NCBI GenBank assembly: GCA_950097015.1
Contig: CATNEN010000038.1
Span: 18,476,001 to 18,540,000, forward strand
Reading direction: 5' to 3'
Origin: Macrostomum hystrix
Lineage: Eukaryota; Animalia; Platyhelminthes
Length of the DNA: 64,000 nt
Positions 59,969 to 64,000 of the stretch are shown in pieces. The notes under the pieces were generated by a model. The model made no database searches, was not told the DNA's origin, and saw nothing but the letters and a program-made list of their open reading frames with translations. Positions within the stretch are counted from its first letter, which is position 1, and the number at the start of each line of letters is the position of its first letter. The translations under genes and the position numbers were made by a program.

Positions 59969-62401
59969 ATGAAGACGCGCAGCACCACTCGTGGAAAGCT
60001 CGGTCACAAATCTCAAAGCCGAGTAAGACCTACATACACTAACCTGACTACCAGCGGCCTCGCCGCATCTGCCAGCGGCCTCGCAGCTCCTGCCAGCGGC
60101 CTCGCAGCTCCTGCCAGCGGCCTCGCCGCACCTACAAGCGGCCTCACCGCACCTACCAGCGGCCTCGCCGCACCTACCAGCGGCCTCGCCGCACCTACCA
60201 GCGGCCTCGCCGCACCCACCAGCGGCCTCGCCGCAGCCACCAGCGGCCTCGCCGCACCCACCAGCGGCCTCGCCGCACCTGCCAGTCCAGTCGGCTCTAT
60301 CGCATTCGGTGTACCTAACCAACAGGACGCTGTACAACAACTTATTGGCGCAATGGCTCAGATGATGCAGCAGAACCAGCTGCTCGTACAACAGCTTCAC
60401 ATAAACCAGACCACATCCCAGCCCGCCCCTCCGACGCCTCGACCGACGTCCCTCTTCGGTGACACCGTCCTCCGCAATGTTCAACTTCAAGGTTTCGACG
60501 GTGAAGACCCAGCTAGTTTCCCTGCATTTTGGAGTTCTTTCACTTACCGCATCGACAGCAGCAACTACACAGACGTTGATAAATTTGAAGCTCTTCGCGG
60601 GCTTCTCGCTGGCGCTGCCCTCCGGAAACTAGGTGGTCTGGACGCCTGTCAACCGGGGGCCTACAACCAAGCCTGCCAAATTCTCCAAGCTAATTATGGC
60701 GACCTGTGGGAGCAGAAGAGCACCTGCTTCAGGCGACTTCTCGCGATGCCGCAGCTTTGCAACATCGACCACCAGAGCCTGGAGGAATTTTCAGACACAC
60801 TTCGCCTCACAGTCGGCCAGCTAACCCGCCTCGGTGAAACCAGTGCTGCCCTGGATCCCTACGTGCATGCACTGTGGCCAAAGCTCCCATCGGCGCTCCA
60901 ATCAGATATCCAGGATGTGCGTTGTAAGGCGTTGCAACCGCTAATTCCAACAATGCAAGAGCTCCAGGGACACCTCGACAACAAGCTTCGTGCCATCCGT
61001 GCCTCGCAAACCAACTACGCAACAGCTGCTTTCGCCCCCTATGCCGGAGCTAGTCTAATCAACGCTGCCACAAACCGCTCCGTAACTTCATCCACTCCGA
61101 GTGCTGGTCACGTGCACACACGTGCACATGCACCGATCTGCGTCTACTGCGAACGGTCAGGACACTCCAGTCAGACATGCGGCGTAATTTCGAAGCCCGA
61201 TGATCGGCTCCGCATTATTCGAAGCAAGGCCCTGTGCCTCAACTGCCTGCGTAGCCATGCCACCTCAAACTGTAGCTCCCGGAACAGATGCCGCGAGTGT
61301 CGAGCATTGCACCACACATCACTTCACGGAGCGCGTTTCAATCCACCACCGCAGGTTCTTCACGTCGACTCAACAGCGAAAGCCAACAGCAACCTCGACT
61401 CGACGACCGCATTGCCGACGGCGTTCGCCAACTTAAAAGCCATGAACGATAACACCATCAATACCGTCTCCTGCATCTCCTCCACCTGCGACGAGTTGAT
61501 AAGACCATCCATCATGGCCACATTCTCTGCCACTGCTGTAAACCCGACTAGCGGCGGAACTACGCGAGTGTCGGTCCTCATCGATGGCGGCTGCAGTTTC
61601 ACGTACATAAAAATCGATGTGGCTCGAAAACTCGGTCTTCGTTTACATCGCCGAATCTCTCTTGACAGCTCTTCATGTCACACCAACTCTCGACGCCGAG
61701 TGACCGCAGACATCGTCGAACTCGAACTCTCAACACCCGATGGCCGCCGTTTACCACTCCGAGTTCTGGCAACCGAGCACATCGCTCCACCAATCCACAT
61801 ACCAGCTGTCCAGCTACCAAGTGATATTCTGGCCACTCTGCAACACTTGCCCCATGGAATAGCCAATCTCCCACCTTCCCAAGACGGGGAACTTGAGTTA
61901 GATTTGCTCATCGGTAACGACTATGCTCAGCGGTTAATAGGCCCGAGCGTTCCTGCAATCCCACTGCGGCAAAGTCTTACCGCGCACCTCACCCCGTTTG
62001 GTGCCGTCCTCACAGGCTGCCTCGAAAATACCGACGATTGTAAATCCAGTGGGCTTCTCAACTCTAGTCAACTCATCGCCAACTCACTTCTGTCACAATC
62101 CCGTCCCGACAACCTTGAATGTCTGGTCGACCGAATGACCAGCCTCGAGCTGCTCGGCATCGAAAGAGGGGCCGAACAACCCAATCCACGAGGCGACGTT
62201 TTGACGAAAGACCTCCTGGACTCGGCCACACGTGGATCGGACGGTCGTTACTCGGTCGCATTACCCTTCAAGCCTGGAGCGGAGCAACTCCCATCAAACT
62301 TCGGACAAGCTTGGGGTCGCGCTCAGGCTACACACCGTCGTCTTTACAGGCGGAGCGTCAAGAGTACTATGGAGAGTTTGAAAAGCACAAAGCAGAAGTG
62401 A
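59969..62401 (+). CDS. BEL/Pao Gag-protease polyprotein (true reading frame shifts near 62345)
   Basis: FDGEDPASFPAFWSSF (DUF1759-like), Cys-His knuckles CVYCERSGHSSQTC / CLNCLRSHATSNC / CRECRALHHTSLH, protease LIDGGCSFTYI and LLIGND, and GRYSVALPFK. Confidence 0.9.
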   Translation: MKTRSTTRGKLGHKSQSRVRPTYTNLTTSGLAASASGLAAPASGLAAPASGLAAPTSGLTAPTSGLAAPTSGLAAPTSGLAAPTSGLAAATSGLAAPTSGLAAPASPVGSIAFGVPNQQDAVQQLIGAMAQMMQQNQLLVQQLHINQTTSQPAPPTPRPTSLFGDTVLRNVQLQGFDGEDPASFPAFWSSFTYRIDSSNYTDVDKFEALRGLLAGAALRKLGGLDACQPGAYNQACQILQANYGDLWEQKSTCFRRLLAMPQLCNIDHQSLEEFSDTLRLTVGQLTRLGETSAALDPYVHALWPKLPSALQSDIQDVRCKALQPLIPTMQELQGHLDNKLRAIRASQTNYATAAFAPYAGASLINAATNRSVTSSTPSAGHVHTRAHAPICVYCERSGHSSQTCGVISKPDDRLRIIRSKALCLNCLRSHATSNCSSRNRCRECRALHHTSLHGARFNPPPQVLHVDSTAKANSNLDSTTALPTAFANLKAMNDNTINTVSCISSTCDELIRPSIMATFSATAVNPTSGGTTRVSVLIDGGCSFTYIKIDVARKLGLRLHRRISLDSSSCHTNSRRRVTADIVELELSTPDGRRLPLRVLATEHIAPPIHIPAVQLPSDILATLQHLPHGIANLPPSQDGELELDLLIGNDYAQRLIGPSVPAIPLRQSLTAHLTPFGAVLTGCLENTDDCKSSGLLNSSQLIANSLLSQSRPDNLECLVDRMTSLELLGIERGAEQPNPRGDVLTKDLLDSATRGSDGRYSVALPFKPGAEQLPSNFGQAWGRAQATHRRLYRRSVKSTMESLKSTKQK

Positions 62402-64000
62402 TCCTGGAAATCGTCGATGACACTAGTCCAAAAGGAAAGATCATCCATGTCCTGCCGCACTTTCCCGTCATCAAGATGTCTTCAAACACCACAAAAGTAC
62501 GACCAGTTGTAGACGCCTCAGCGCCAACATCTCTAGGGGGCGTCTCTCTCAACGACCTCATGGAGTCTGGGCCAAACTTGCTCACCAACCTCTTCAAGGT
62601 TCAGCTACGTCTCCGAACCTCAAAGTTTATCTGCCTCAGCGACATCCAGGCCGCCTTTTACCAAGTACTCGTGCACGAGCATTGTCGGGACGCCCAACGT
62701 GTTATCCTACCCAAAAACATCGACCTGCCGCTTACACGTGACAATTTCCAAGTCTGGCGCTTCACCCGTATCGTCATGGGAGCCAGATTATCACCGTGGA
62801 TCCTTGCCGCCGTCATTCGGAAACTCTGCCTGGATGCCATGGATTCCGGAAAATCAGGTCTTAGCTCTCGACAGCTTGAGCAGCTACCCTACAGCCTCTA
62901 TGTCGACAACTTGGTCCAGGGCTATGACGTTCAAGAAGAGGGCCCACGTATCGTTGCCGCAACCCGAGCTCTCTTCCGATCCGCTGGGTTTCACCTCCGC
63001 CAGTTTGCCGCCAGTGACCCAGGAGCGCTCTGCGACGTGCCCTGGGCAGATCAGATCCACGAACCAGTCGTCAAGAGCCTCGGAATCCTCTGGGACACAC
63101 AGAGTGACCAACTGAGCCTGGCCAGTCCACAGCTGAAATTGGACCCTAATCTCAACCGGGCCAGTCTTCTTAAGGGAATCTCTACGCCATACGACCCGTG
63201 CGGTTACGCAGCGCCCCTGCTTCTAGCTGGACGTCTTCTATATCACGAAAGCTTCGGTCCTATGGATGCATGGAACAAGCCTGCCTCAACCGATACTGTT
63301 GAGAGCTGGCGCAGACTCCTCAATGATTTCAACGAGATCTGCCGTATTACCGTTCCTCGTCGCTGCCTCGCAGACCAGGCACTACCCAGTAGGCTCGTGA
63401 TCTTCAGCGACGCCTCACCTCGAGCTTACGGGTACACAATTTACCTACATCAGAATGGGAAGGACCTCACCAACTGCTGCCTCATCAACGCCAAGGCCCG
63501 CCTCGCTCCATCTGGCCGCAAGAATGTACTCATCACGGTTCCTCGCCTTGAGCTCTGGGCCGCATTAATCGCCAACCGAGCCGCGATTTTCCTACGCGAC
63601 TCCTTTAACCTAGGCAAGAGGCTCAGTGGCATAACCCACTTCATGGACAGTCAGATAGTCCTACATTGGATCCACAATGGGGCCAAGCTCCGTCCCTATG
63701 AGGCCCGCCGCGTTCAGGAGATCTTGGAGTCCAACCTGACTGACGACTACCGCTACGTCAACACCGCTGAGAACCCTGCCGATTGTTGCACAAGGCCACT
63801 TACACTCAGCCAACTTCTCAATTCAAATTTCTTCACCGGACCTCGATTCCTCCGACAGCCACATGGGGAGTGGCCATCTCAGACAACACCCACACCCACG
63901 AACTCCACGATTCTCCAAGGCATCCCACCAGCCCAGAAAAAGACCAAGAAGACAAGCGCTTTCCTGTCTGCATCGAACAGATGCGTCCCCCCTGCAGACA
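62344..64000 (+). CDS. BEL/Pao Pol (RT + RNase H), open to the window end, in the -1 frame relative to the gag ORF
   Basis: LPHFPVIK...TTKVRPVVDAS, SLNDLMESGPNLL, DIQAAFYQV, YVDN, IFSDASPRAYG, TVPRLEL, DSQIVLHWI, ENPADCCTR. Confidence 0.88.

Larger units (their letters stand above)
59608..64000 (+). mobile_element. BEL/Pao LTR retrotransposon (5' LTR, PBS, gag-pol; runs off the window), antisense in a GPSM intron
   Basis: LTR 59608-59922 with TGTCG...CGACA termini. PBS tggtagcagag at 59926-59936. Domain order gag-PR-RT-RNaseH with Pao-type motifs. Confidence 0.93.

Overview
This is eukaryotic (metazoan) genomic DNA with GT-AG introns, CAG-rich exons and introns packed with minisatellites. 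The overall style suggests a free-living flatworm such as Macrostomum, but this is inference only. Most ORFs in the six-frame track are exon fragments or repeat artefacts. I assembled phase-consistent spliced models by hand. On the + strand: a polycystin-1-family gene (5' end outside the window), CREBRF/REPTOR, an FKBPL-like FKBP-TPR gene whose intron holds an intronless C-type lectin-PAN gene between ~500-bp inverted repeats, TTC33, SVIP and RPGR. On the - strand: an orphan 129-aa ORF, an ankyrin/SOCS-box gene, and GPSM/LGN/Pins (5' end outside the window) with a BEL/Pao LTR retrotransposon in its intron. Mobile DNA also includes a multi-copy tRNA-derived SINE, CORE-type SINE fragments, Tc1 and mariner relics and hAT-type MITEs, one only 59 bp long with its empty site visible. 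There are about 30 different tandem arrays. Three signals stand out. (1) Three genes have a first recognisable coding exon that starts in phase 0 at a splice acceptor with no usable AUG, consistent with a spliced-leader-donated AUG and operon-like organisation. (2) A lectin cassette bracketed by inverted repeats is nested in an intron. (3) An 18-nt antisense copy of a GPSM exon is captured three times in that gene's own intronic minisatellite.
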